32,000 bases of DNA. It comes from Methanococcus maripaludis (GTDB lineage Archaea; AGJL01; Methanococci; Methanococcales; Methanococcaceae). Within the stretch, counting starts at the first letter, position 1. Each line of letters starts with the position of its first letter. Shown one piece after another: positions 1-8,157 of the stretch. The DNA is taken from positions 30,001 through 62,000 of the forward strand of contig NZ_CP026606.1 in assembly GCF_002945325.1 (NCBI RefSeq), read 5' to 3'. The translations under genes and the position numbers were made by a program. The notes under the pieces were generated by a model, which was not told the DNA's origin, ran no database searches, and worked only from the letters and a program-made list of their open reading frames with translations.

Positions 1-1
1 T

Positions 2-532
2 TTAACTCATAAAAATTCAGAAGATATTCGTTTAAGGGAATTATCTTCAGAATTTAAAACTTACTTTTTAAATAATGCGAATTTATCAAAAAAAGCAAAA
101 GAAATTATTCAAGAGAATCCTGAAGAAAGTACATGGCTTAGAATCAAAGCATCATTCCTTCCAGAATTTGTAAAAAAAGATGAATCAACTATAATTGAAC
201 CTGCTTCAAGTATTGAAGGCATGATTCATGCATCAATTCTTTCAAATTCCTCAGGAATTGTTACAAGAAGCCCTCAAACTCTAAATAATAAACCTGTAAT
301 GAATGAGGGGCTTGAAAATGAAATTATATACTTAAATAATGATATTTCAAAAGAATTGAAAAAATTAAACCTTCCAAAAACTAAAAAAACCCAGTATGGA
401 TGTCCTGCATACAATATCTTTGCATTTTTAGATACCCGCGATATTTCAGAGGTTGAAATAAACTGCAATGATGAAAATGTTGAAAGTTGTATTTTCAATC
501 TAAAAGAAAACTTAGAATCATTTAAGCCCTAG
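2..532 (+). CDS. hypothetical protein, C-terminal fragment (reading frame open to the left window edge)
   Basis: The frame of the 221..532 ORF has no stop codon back to nt 2 (LTHKNSEDIRLRELSSEF...), so the gene starts upstream of the window. I recognise no motif. Confidence 0.55.
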   Translation, partial: LTHKNSEDIRLRELSSEFKTYFLNNANLSKKAKEIIQENPEESTWLRIKASFLPEFVKKDESTIIEPASSIEGMIHASILSNSSGIVTRSPQTLNNKPVMNEGLENEIIYLNNDISKELKKLNLPKTKKTQYGCPAYNIFAFLDTRDISEVEINCNDENVESCIFNLKENLESFKP

Positions 533-567
533 ATTGATTTAAAGCCGATATTTAATATTTTATACTA

Positions 568-576
568 TTTTATATA
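568..576 (+). promoter_or_regulatory. candidate archaeal TATA box for the trxB operon
   Basis: TTTATATAT lies ~45 nt upstream of the trxB ATG and ~35 nt upstream of the GGTGGT RBS. This is sequence resemblance to the archaeal TATA consensus only. Confidence 0.3.
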
Positions 577-617
577 TTTTTAAAAACAGAGTATTATTCA
601 GAACAGCAGGTGGTTTG

Positions 618-1520
618 ATGGTATATGATTTAATTATTATTGGAGGCGGTCCGGCGGGACTTACCGCAGGAATATACGCAATGAGGGCTAAATTAAGTAC
701 ATTATGCCTTGAAAAACAAAATGAAGGCGGAAAAATTGCAGAAGCGGGGATCGTTGAAAATTATCCGGGTTTTGAATCGATAAAAGGTTTTGAACTTGCA
801 CAGAAATTTTCAGAACATGCAAAACACTTCGAACTTCCAATAATCCACGAAGAAGTTGAGAAAATAGATACTTCATCAAAACCCTATAAAGTTATTACGA
901 AACATGAAACCTACGAAGCAAAATCAATAGTAATTGCATCGGGAAGTAGGTACAAAAAGCCAGGATTAAATGAAGACGATTTTATGGGAAAAGGAGTCTG
1001 TTATTGTGTAATGTGTGATGCTTTCTTCTTTTTAAACAAAGAAGTAATCGTGCTTGGAAGGGGTACTTCTGCGATAATGGCAGCATATAACTTAAAAGAT
1101 ATTGCCAAAAAAATAACGATAGTTACAGACAGGTCCGAATTAAAGGCAGTCGAAAAGATAATGGAAGACAGGATGAACCTAATGAATAATCTTGAAATAG
1201 TTCTTAATGCAGAACCAATCGAGATTGTTGGAAAAGAAAAAGCAGAAGGTGTTAAAGTTTCAATAGCTGGAGAAGAAAAGATTATTTCTGCTGATGGAAT
1301 ATTTATAAGCTTTGGGTACGTTCCAAATACTGAATTTTTGGATGGAAGCAAAATAAAACTTAATAAAAGAAAATTTATTGAAACGGATGAAAACTGTAAA
1401 ACTAGCGTAGAGGGAATTTATGCTTGTGGTGACGTTACAGGCGGAATTTTGCAGGTTTCAAAGGCAGTTGGTGAAGGAGTTACTGCATTTACCGGCGCAT
1501 TAAGCAGCATTCAAAAATAG
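618..1520 (+). CDS. trxB: thioredoxin-disulfide reductase family flavoprotein (low-Mr TrxR type)
   Basis: N-terminal FAD fold [16 protein letters not shown]. Redox-active CxxC in [15 protein letters not shown] aligns with E. coli GRGVSACATCDGFFY. Second dinucleotide fold [10 protein letters not shown], and C-terminal GIYACGDV. Start moved to ATG 618 (GGTGGT-TTG-ATG); the ORF track uses TTG 615. Confidence 0.9.
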   Translation: MVYDLIIIGGGPAGLTAGIYAMRAKLSTLCLEKQNEGGKIAEAGIVENYPGFESIKGFELAQKFSEHAKHFELPIIHEEVEKIDTSSKPYKVITKHETYEAKSIVIASGSRYKKPGLNEDDFMGKGVCYCVMCDAFFFLNKEVIVLGRGTSAIMAAYNLKDIAKKITIVTDRSELKAVEKIMEDRMNLMNNLEIVLNAEPIEIVGKEKAEGVKVSIAGEEKIISADGIFISFGYVPNTEFLDGSKIKLNKRKFIETDENCKTSVEGIYACGDVTGGILQVSKAVGEGVTAFTGALSSIQK

Positions 1521-1536
1521 TAAAGATGTGTTAATT

Positions 1537-1884
1537 ATGAAACATTTCTTAAATTTTTTAGTAGTTATACTTTTAATCGTATCTGCAGGATGTATTTCAA
1601 CCGAAAAAACAGATTTAGATATGAATGGGCAAAACCTGATGATTGAATTTTATTCTACAACTTGTCCCGCGTGCGAAGAACTTTCACCCCATATTGATGA
1701 ACTTGAGGATGAAGGATACAATATATCCAGAATAAATGTAAATGAAAACGGTCAGATGGCTATAAATTATGGTATAAACCTTGTACCAACTGTAGTTTTC
1801 ATTAAAAATGGAGAAGAAGTTGATAGGGTAATTGGAAATCAGCCTGAAGTAATAAAATCGAAAGCAGAAGAATATTTTAAATAA
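1537..1884 (+). CDS. thioredoxin-fold protein with N-terminal signal/anchor (likely extracytoplasmic)
   Basis: Hydrophobic N-terminus MKHFLNFLVVILLIVSAGC with a lipobox-like SAGC, followed by a Trx fold with a CPAC active site (FYSTTCPACEEL...LVPTVVF). The ORF track starts at GTG 1528; ATG 1537 is preferred. Confidence 0.8.
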   Translation: MKHFLNFLVVILLIVSAGCISTEKTDLDMNGQNLMIEFYSTTCPACEELSPHIDELEDEGYNISRINVNENGQMAINYGINLVPTVVFIKNGEEVDRVIGNQPEVIKSKAEEYFK

Positions 1885-1903
1885 TATTTAAATTTGTGAT
1901 TTT

Positions 1904-2557
1904 ATGGATCTTTTTTTAATCTTTTTGGCAGGAATCTCAACTGCGCTTGGACCTTGCATTGTAACGGTTTTACCATTTGTTTTAGCTTATACTTTTGGAA
2001 TATCTAATTCCCGGTTTGAAGGATTTTTAGTATCATTTAGCTTTATGGTTGGTTTTTCAATTGTTTTCAGCACGCTTGGAGTTTTATCTTCAGCATTTGG
2101 TATTTTTTTAAATTTAACCTTGTTAAAATACGTTGCAGGAACTTTCGCTATAATTTTTGGAATTTTGGTTTTATTCAATAAAAATTTTACATTTAGAAAA
2201 GAAGGTGTTTTCCAGAAATTTTCAAAAAAATTATCGAAAATGAACAATATTTCACTACCTGTTAAGATTTTAAATTCGATAGTTTTGGGGATAGTTTACG
2301 GGTTTGGTGCAAATATATGTGCAGATCCAATATTGGCAGGAATTTTAACATTTGTAGCATCAAAAGCAGATGTTTATTATGGATTTTTTGCACTTTTGAC
2401 GTATTCTTTGGGTTACGGGATTCCAATAATATTTTTGAGTACGCTTGGTGCAGAAAGTAAACAAATAGTTGAAAAAATAGTAAAAAAGAAATTTATAACA
2501 TATATTTCAGGAATTATATTGATAATTTTAGGATTATTTTTAATATTTAGTGTTTAA
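1904..2557 (+). CDS. ccdA: CcdA/DsbD-core family transmembrane thiol-disulfide electron transporter
   Basis: Polytopic membrane protein with the two family cysteines in TM segments (ALGPCIVTVLPFVLAY and GANICADPILAGIL). RBS GTGAT-TTT-ATG. Sits directly after the trx gene. Confidence 0.85.
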   Translation: MDLFLIFLAGISTALGPCIVTVLPFVLAYTFGISNSRFEGFLVSFSFMVGFSIVFSTLGVLSSAFGIFLNLTLLKYVAGTFAIIFGILVLFNKNFTFRKEGVFQKFSKKLSKMNNISLPVKILNSIVLGIVYGFGANICADPILAGILTFVASKADVYYGFFALLTYSLGYGIPIIFLSTLGAESKQIVEKIVKKKFITYISGIILIILGLFLIFSV

Positions 2558-2558
2558 T

Positions 2559-5039
2559 TTATTTTTCTGCTGTCTTCTTTGCAGTTGCTTTTTTAGTTGT
2601 GGTTTTTTTCGTAGCCGTCTTTTTGGCGGTAGTTTTAGTGGTCTTTGTTGCGGTCTTTTTTGGAGCTGTTTTTTTAGCAGTTTTTGGTTTTGCTTCTTTC
2701 TTTGTTTCTGCCTTAGTTTCTCCCGGCGTATCTTCTTTTTTCTTGTCTATCTTTTCAGTATGCCTACATTTTGGGTAGTTACTGCATCCAATAAACTCTC
2801 CAAATCGTCCTTTTCTTTTATAGAGGTCGCTTCCACATTTTGGGCATTTTCCAACGATTTCCTTTTCATTGGATTCCCCGTTTAATTTTTCAGTATATTT
2901 ACATTTCGGGTAGTTTTCACAGCCTCTGAAAACTCCATAAGGTCCTTTTTTAATCAAAAGCTTATTGCCGCATTTTGGACAAATTTTTTCTTCCTTTTCA
3001 GCTTTTTCAATTTCTTTTTTATCTTCTTCTGAAATTCTTGTACTGCAGTCGGGATTTACACAAATTTTTATTCTATCAAGCCCGATTACTGGATTTTGGC
3101 ATTTTTCACAGACTTCGTTTAATACTTTGATTCTTCCCTTCTGCGGGAGCGGGAATGTAACTTCACAGTCAGGATAGTTACTGCATCCAACAAATCTTTT
3201 TTTGCCCTTTGTACGGATGATAATCATGTCTCCGCCACATTTACATTTTCCAATTATTTGTAAAGACCTATTTGTCGAATCAAGTTTGTCAACAAGTTCA
3301 GTTCCGATTTCCTTTTCTTTTAAGCGGAACTCTCCAAGGATTTTTGTAAGTTTGTCTTTAGTTTCCTGTATAACTTCTTCCTTTTTGATTTTTTTGTCCT
3401 GAATAAGCTCTAATTTATCTTCAAGGTCTCTTGTAAGGGTTTCTTCAACAATTTCTGGACAGTATTTTCTTAAAGTTTCGGTAACTCCAATTCCAAGATC
3501 CGTAACCGTTAAAGAACCATCTTCAATTACATAACCTCGTTTGGTTAGTTTTTCGAGGATATCTGCTCTTGTAGCTTTTGTTCCGAGTTTTCTTTTTTCA
3601 AGTTCCTTAATAATCGAAGCCATTGTGTATCTTTTTGGAGGCTTCGTCTCTTTTGCTTCGAAATTTATGTTATTTACATTTATTACGTCATTTTTCTTTA
3701 ATTCTGGGAGTTCTATTTCATCGAATTTAGTATAGTAATATATTTCATGCCATCCTTCTTCAACGGTTCTTGAACCGCTTAATTTAAATGTTTCGCCGTT
3801 AATATCGAGATTGATTTTTGAATATTCCCTTTTAGCGTTATCCCAGTAAAGTGCAATTGTTCTTCTTGCAATAAGTTCGTATAACTTTAATTCATCATCG
3901 GGCAGTTTTTCCTTTGGAACATCTACTGCGTGTACCGCAGGGTGTGCAGGGTCGTCCTTTTTACCTGAAATCGGTTTTCTATTTTCATTTAAAATTGTTT
4001 CAATGTATGGTTTATAATTTTTATTTTTTGAAAGGTTTTTCAAGACTTCGTCCATGTATGCCTTGTCGTCTGGAAGTTTTTGTGAACTTGTTCTTGGATA
4101 TGAACAGTATCCTTTTTCATAAAGTTTTTGTGCAACTTCTTGCGTTTTTTTAGGGGAAAACCTAAACATGTTGTGGGCTTCCCTTTGCAGTGCACCTAAA
4201 TCGAAAGGCGGATTTGGAGGGATGGTTTTCATGCTTTTTTTAACGTCTGAAACTGTTGCCTGTTTTTGACCTTTTACCTTTTCATAGGCTTTATTTGCCT
4301 GTTCTTCATCCCAGAATTTTTCAAGCTCGTGAACTGCAATTAAGTCATTATCTAAAAGAGCTTCAAGCACCCAATATGGGGTTGGAACAAAATTTCTAAT
4401 TTCTAATTCTTTATCTACTAAAAAAGCAAGTGCTGGACCCTGAACCCTACCTGTACTGAGGGTTTTCCATCGTTTAACTGAACTTACTGCCTGCATAAGT
4501 GCTCTTGAAACATTTATACCAAAATACCAGTCGATTTTGTGTCTGCTGTCTCCTGCATCAACGAGTCCAAAATCTATTTCATTTGGATTTTCATAAGCTT
4601 TCAGGATTTCTTTTTTAGTTAAACTTGAAAATCTTAATCTGTGAGCGTTTTTCTGGCCGCATGAAAAATTCAGTGCATGGTAACCAATTAACTCCCCTTC
4701 AATATCCCAATCCGTTGCAACATAAAATTTGTTTGCGTCTTTTGAAACTTTTTTCAGTGCATCAATATATTTTTGAATGTATTTTTTTTCATCAAGCGTT
4801 GATGCTGGAACCCAATTTATATCGTAAACCGGGTAATCTCCAAATTTAGTTTTGGTTTTTTCTTGGAGCGTGTATAAGTGACCTACTGCTGAAGCTACCA
4901 CTATACTTTCTCCATTTCTTTCTAATTCGTAATAAGGCACTGAATTGTGGGATTTTTTCTTTGGTTTTCCAAGGGCTTCTGCAATTTTTTTAGCAACGTT
5001 TGGTTTCTCACAGATTATTAGTCCAGTCATTTTTTTCAC
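2559..5039 (-). CDS. topA: DNA topoisomerase I (type IA) with four C-terminal Zn-ribbons and a Lys/Thr/Ala-rich tail
   Basis: Toprim N-terminus (LIICEKPNVAKKIA, ATDWDIEGE). Type IA core with catalytic-Tyr context (GYCSYPRTSSQ). Four CxxC...GCSNYPxC zinc ribbons. ATG 5030 (MTGLIICEKP) is a possible alternative to GTG 5039. Confidence 0.95.
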   Translation of the reverse strand: MKKMTGLIICEKPNVAKKIAEALGKPKKKSHNSVPYYELERNGESIVVASAVGHLYTLQEKTKTKFGDYPVYDINWVPASTLDEKKYIQKYIDALKKVSKDANKFYVATDWDIEGELIGYHALNFSCGQKNAHRLRFSSLTKKEILKAYENPNEIDFGLVDAGDSRHKIDWYFGINVSRALMQAVSSVKRWKTLSTGRVQGPALAFLVDKELEIRNFVPTPYWVLEALLDNDLIAVHELEKFWDEEQANKAYEKVKGQKQATVSDVKKSMKTIPPNPPFDLGALQREAHNMFRFSPKKTQEVAQKLYEKGYCSYPRTSSQKLPDDKAYMDEVLKNLSKNKNYKPYIETILNENRKPISGKKDDPAHPAVHAVDVPKEKLPDDELKLYELIARRTIALYWDNAKREYSKINLDINGETFKLSGSRTVEEGWHEIYYYTKFDEIELPELKKNDVINVNNINFEAKETKPPKRYTMASIIKELEKRKLGTKATRADILEKLTKRGYVIEDGSLTVTDLGIGVTETLRKYCPEIVEETLTRDLEDKLELIQDKKIKKEEVIQETKDKLTKILGEFRLKEKEIGTELVDKLDSTNRSLQIIGKCKCGGDMIIIRTKGKKRFVGCSNYPDCEVTFPLPQKGRIKVLNEVCEKCQNPVIGLDRIKICVNPDCSTRISEEDKKEIEKAEKEEKICPKCGNKLLIKKGPYGVFRGCENYPKCKYTEKLNGESNEKEIVGKCPKCGSDLYKRKGRFGEFIGCSNYPKCRHTEKIDKKKEDTPGETKAETKKEAKPKTAKKTAPKKTATKTTKTTAKKTATKKTTTKKATAKKTAEK

Positions 5040-5076
5040 GTTTTAAATTAATAATAAAATAATTGAAAAAAGCAGT

Positions 5077-5943
5077 TTAAATAATTTCTTTTAATAATAA
5101 TGGAATATCCGAAATTCTTTTTGCAACATGTGCGCCTGCATTTTCAAGAGCTTGCATTTTGCTTTTTGCAGTTCCGACTCCTTTTTCGATAATTGCACCA
5201 GCGTGACCCATTCTTTTTCCTTCGGGTGCAGACTGTCCTGCAATGTATGAAATAACGGGTTTTTTCATTTTTGAAATCATTTTTTCAGCTGCATCTTCTT
5301 CAGCGTTTCCACCGATTTCTCCAACCATTACAACTGCGTCAGTTTCAGGGTCGTTTTCAAACATTTCTAAAACTTCAATATATCTTAAACCAGTTATCGG
5401 GTCTCCACCAATTCCAACACAGGATGATTGGCCGTAATTTGATAAAGTAAGCTGGCTTGCAATTTCATAAGTTAATGTACCACTTCTTGATACCATTCCA
5501 ATGTTTCCTTCTTTTAATATGCTCATCGGGATGATTCCAAGTTTTCCTACCTTTGGAGATGCTAAACCCGGAGTATTTGGTCCGATTATATTTACGCCGT
5601 GTTTTTTCCCATATGCTACGATATCCATCGAATCTTGAATTGGAATGTGCTCAGTAATAATTGTAACAAGCTCAACTCCTGCATCAATAGCTTCGTATGC
5701 AGCATCTTTTACAAATGGCGCAGGTATAAATATTAAAGATGCATTCGCGTCGTATTTTTCAACAGTTTCTAAAACTGTATCATAAACAGGGACTCCGTAA
5801 ACATCCTGACCGCCTTTTCCCGGCGTTACTCCTGCCAATATATTTGTTTTGCATTCAAGCATGTTTTTCGTGTGGAATCTACCCTGATTTCCCGTGATCC
5901 CTTGAACAATTGCCCGTGTATTTTCATCTAAAAGAATCAACAT
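5077..5943 (-). CDS. sucD: succinyl-CoA synthetase (ADP-forming) alpha subunit
   Basis: [24 protein letters not shown] is collinear with E. coli SucD [24 protein letters not shown]. Phosphohistidine loop MGHAGAI. RBS GAGGTGAA. No sucC is adjacent. Confidence 0.93.
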   Translation of the reverse strand: MLILLDENTRAIVQGITGNQGRFHTKNMLECKTNILAGVTPGKGGQDVYGVPVYDTVLETVEKYDANASLIFIPAPFVKDAAYEAIDAGVELVTIITEHIPIQDSMDIVAYGKKHGVNIIGPNTPGLASPKVGKLGIIPMSILKEGNIGMVSRSGTLTYEIASQLTLSNYGQSSCVGIGGDPITGLRYIEVLEMFENDPETDAVVMVGEIGGNAEEDAAEKMISKMKKPVISYIAGQSAPEGKRMGHAGAIIEKGVGTAKSKMQALENAGAHVAKRISDIPLLLKEII

Positions 5944-6500
5944 TTCACCTCACTACTAAAAAGAGTGAATAATCAATGAATATCAAAAATCCGTAATATC
6001 CAGATATTATCCTATAATATATAAAGATTCATCTTATGGAATAATATTTGAAAAAAAGGTTCAAAATTAAAAATCCAGTCTAAAAAATAAAATTATGGGG
6101 TTATTTAAAAATTTTAGTAAAATTATGAATTATACCCAAATAGGTGTTCAGGGGTTAAAAAAGCAATTTCAGATATGAAATTTAAATGTTTTCAAATATA
6201 ACTCATGATTCTAAGTATACACACTTAAGGTCGAAAAACCAGTATTTTTAAATAATCGGATTTCTGACCTAATTATATACTAATTTATTATAGTATAAAT
6301 AATTAGTTCCCATAAGAATATGATCTAAAATTAATATATAAACTAATCAATAAATTTTTTCGTATAATACGATTTATTTCGCTTTTATAACATAATTAAT
6401 ATAAAAATTAGATATAAATATCTAAAATACTAAGTATAACATCTATTAAAAGTACTAAGTATGTTGGATTATTTGGAAATTTAAATACGAGGAAAGAAGC

Positions 6501-6974
6501 ATGGAAGATCAAAAGGCAGTATTTGAGGAATGTTATTCAACTGCAAAAAATATTTCATCACCCCTATTGAAGTATTTTGTAAAATATAATGAATTTGAAA
6601 AAAAAGGATACAACATTGATCCTTACACTTATACAAAACTCACGATACACAGCATGCTGGTCTTTAGGCTTATAGAAAAAGAAATAGAATCGATGGATTT
6701 AAGTTACGAAGAAAAAAACACGGTAGATGTTTTAAAACGATATAAAAATAGGGATATTTCGGATCTATCGCCTAAAAATTATTTAAAATTTTCAGTATGG
6801 ATAAATAATGAAGGAAATCTTAGATACCGGCTAAGTGACGTTAGGCAGGATTTAAAAGAAGAAAGCATGTGGACAATGGTTACTGCTTACCTAGTTCCGC
6901 ATACAAATATACTTAAAACGAGCAATGGGATCTTTTTAAAGGCTGCAATGAAATACGATTTAATTGAATTGTAA
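6501..6974 (+). CDS. hypothetical protein (157 aa), no recognisable domain
   Basis: Clean ORF with GAGGA-type RBS (cgaGGAaagaagcATG), followed by strong oligo-T runs. It is isolated between 557-bp and 288-bp non-coding stretches. Confidence 0.6.
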   Translation: MEDQKAVFEECYSTAKNISSPLLKYFVKYNEFEKKGYNIDPYTYTKLTIHSMLVFRLIEKEIESMDLSYEEKNTVDVLKRYKNRDISDLSPKNYLKFSVWINNEGNLRYRLSDVRQDLKEESMWTMVTAYLVPHTNILKTSNGIFLKAAMKYDLIEL

Positions 6975-7002
6975 TTTTTCTTTTTTTCATTTTGAATTTT
7001 TT
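6975..7002 (+). terminator. archaeal oligo-T terminator region
   Basis: T5, T7, T4 and T6 runs lie immediately after the TAA at 6972-6974. Confidence 0.4.
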
Positions 7003-7102
7003 AAATCAAGATTAATTATATAAATGTTCAGAGTATATTCCATGTTAATAGTATTTGGGTAACAATGGTAGCAAGTATTGGGTTTTTTATTGTCCTAATA
7101 AC

Positions 7103-7187
7103 GTTGTATGATGACAGTTACCCCCGCTGACTAAATTCGTGATTTTCATGATTTTGGGATGAAGACATCAGCACTATCTGACACAGC
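7103..7187 (+). ncRNA. candidate C/D-box sRNA (2'-O-methylation guide)
   Basis: C box AUGAUGA 7108-7114, exactly 12-nt guide (CAGUUACCCCCG), D' CUGA 7127-7130. C' AUGAAGA 7159-7165, exactly 12-nt guide (CAUCAGCACUAU), D CUGA 7178-7181. Terminal stem GUUGU 7103-7107 / ACAGC 7183-7187 (one G-U, one bulged C). Intergenic. The atypical point is the 28-nt D'-C' spacer. Confidence 0.5.
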
Positions 7188-7262
7188 TACCATTTATTAA
7201 TATATTGTTAACTAAACTGTTTTTAAAAATTATAATTGTATTTTAACTGATTCTGTGATAAA

Positions 7263-8015
7263 ATGTTATATGTTGTTGGTATCGGTCCTGGAAATGAGGA
7301 TTATTTTACAAAAGAAGCCGAAAATGCGCTAAATTCTACTGATTTAATTGTATGCTACACAGGATACAAAAAATATGTTGAAAGATTTGATAAAGAAATC
7401 TACGTAAGCGGTATGACTAAAGAATTAGAAAGGGTTGAATATGCCCTTAATGAAGCTGAAAATAAAGATGTGGCACTTGTTTCAAACGGGGACGCCACAA
7501 TATATGGTCTTGCATCTCTTGCATATGAATTAAATGAAAAGAATTTACACAACGTTACAATAAAGGTTTTAAGTGGACTAACCTCCGCAAGTGTCTGTTC
7601 ATCCATACTTGGTGCACCGTTAAACCACGATTTTGCGGTTGTTAGTTTGAGCAACCTTTTAACACCTTTAGAAACTATTTTAAAAAGAATAAATTGCGCA
7701 GTAGAAAGCGACATGGTTCTTGCAATTTATAATCCATTGGGTAAAAAAAGAAAAGAACCGTTTTTGAAAACTGTTGAAATAATCTCGAACTATTCTAAAG
7801 ACCGAAATATCGACTATATTGTTGGAATTGTTAAAAATGCCGGAAGAAACGATTCTGAATATAAAATAACTACGATAAACAATCTGGTTAATAATTTAGA
7901 TGAATTTATGCAGTATATCGATATGAGTACAACTCTCGTTATTGGAAACAGCAATACAAAAATTATCGACGGTATGATGATTACTCCACGAGGGTATATG
8001 TCAAAATATGAGTAA
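7263..8015 (+). CDS. cbiH: precorrin-3B / cobalt-factor III C17-methyltransferase
   Basis: Tetrapyrrole methylase N-terminus MLYVVGIGPGNEDYFTKEA and ALVSNGDATIYG motif. Size is ~250 aa. RBS GTGAT-AAA-ATG. Confidence 0.85.
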   Translation: MLYVVGIGPGNEDYFTKEAENALNSTDLIVCYTGYKKYVERFDKEIYVSGMTKELERVEYALNEAENKDVALVSNGDATIYGLASLAYELNEKNLHNVTIKVLSGLTSASVCSSILGAPLNHDFAVVSLSNLLTPLETILKRINCAVESDMVLAIYNPLGKKRKEPFLKTVEIISNYSKDRNIDYIVGIVKNAGRNDSEYKITTINNLVNNLDEFMQYIDMSTTLVIGNSNTKIIDGMMITPRGYMSKYE

Positions 8016-8114
8016 ATTTGAACTAAAATGCTAAAAAATTATATATATAATAAAAATATATTATTCGAAAGCCTTTTTTCAGGACTAACTAGCTTATATA
8101 GCATTTGAGATAAT

Positions 8115-8124
8115 TGCTATATAA
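8115..8124 (+). promoter_or_regulatory. candidate TATA box of the aIF5A gene (right arm of a 10-bp inverted repeat)
   Basis: TGCTATATAA lies ~34 nt upstream of ATG 8158 and ~25 nt upstream of the RBS. It is the mirror copy of TTATATAGCA at 8094-8103. Confidence 0.35.
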
Positions 8125-8157
8125 TTTCAAACACTACAAGCTTAAAATGGTGATATT

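Noticed and set aside
2550-2885. 111-aa Cys/Phe/Leu-rich plus-strand ORF (MFNLFFCCLLCSCFF...) that could look like a small membrane or Cys-rich peptide.
   Set aside because: It is the antisense shadow of the Lys/Thr/Ala-rich tail and last Zn-ribbon of topA (AAA/AAG/GCA codons read backwards). It has no RBS and overlaps a strongly supported gene.
5077-5943. sucD without an adjacent sucC as a sign of operon disruption or pseudogenisation.
   Set aside because: The ORF is full-length and collinear with E. coli SucD from the first residue, with an intact phosphohistidine loop. Split sucC/sucD loci are compatible with a functional enzyme, so there is no evidence of decay.
6095-6178. 27-codon ORF (MGLFKNFSKIMNYTQIGVQGLKKQFQI) in the long AT-rich intergenic tract.
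   Set aside because: It has no upstream GGTGA/GAGG RBS. Its length is what chance predicts in AT-rich sequence, and it has no distinguishing composition.
7020-7262. Possible cobalamin riboswitch upstream of cbiH.
   Set aside because: I could find no B12-box-like element or the GC-rich multi-stem core. The structured part is better explained by C/D-box motifs with 12-nt spacers. Cobalamin riboswitches are not established in methanogenic archaea.
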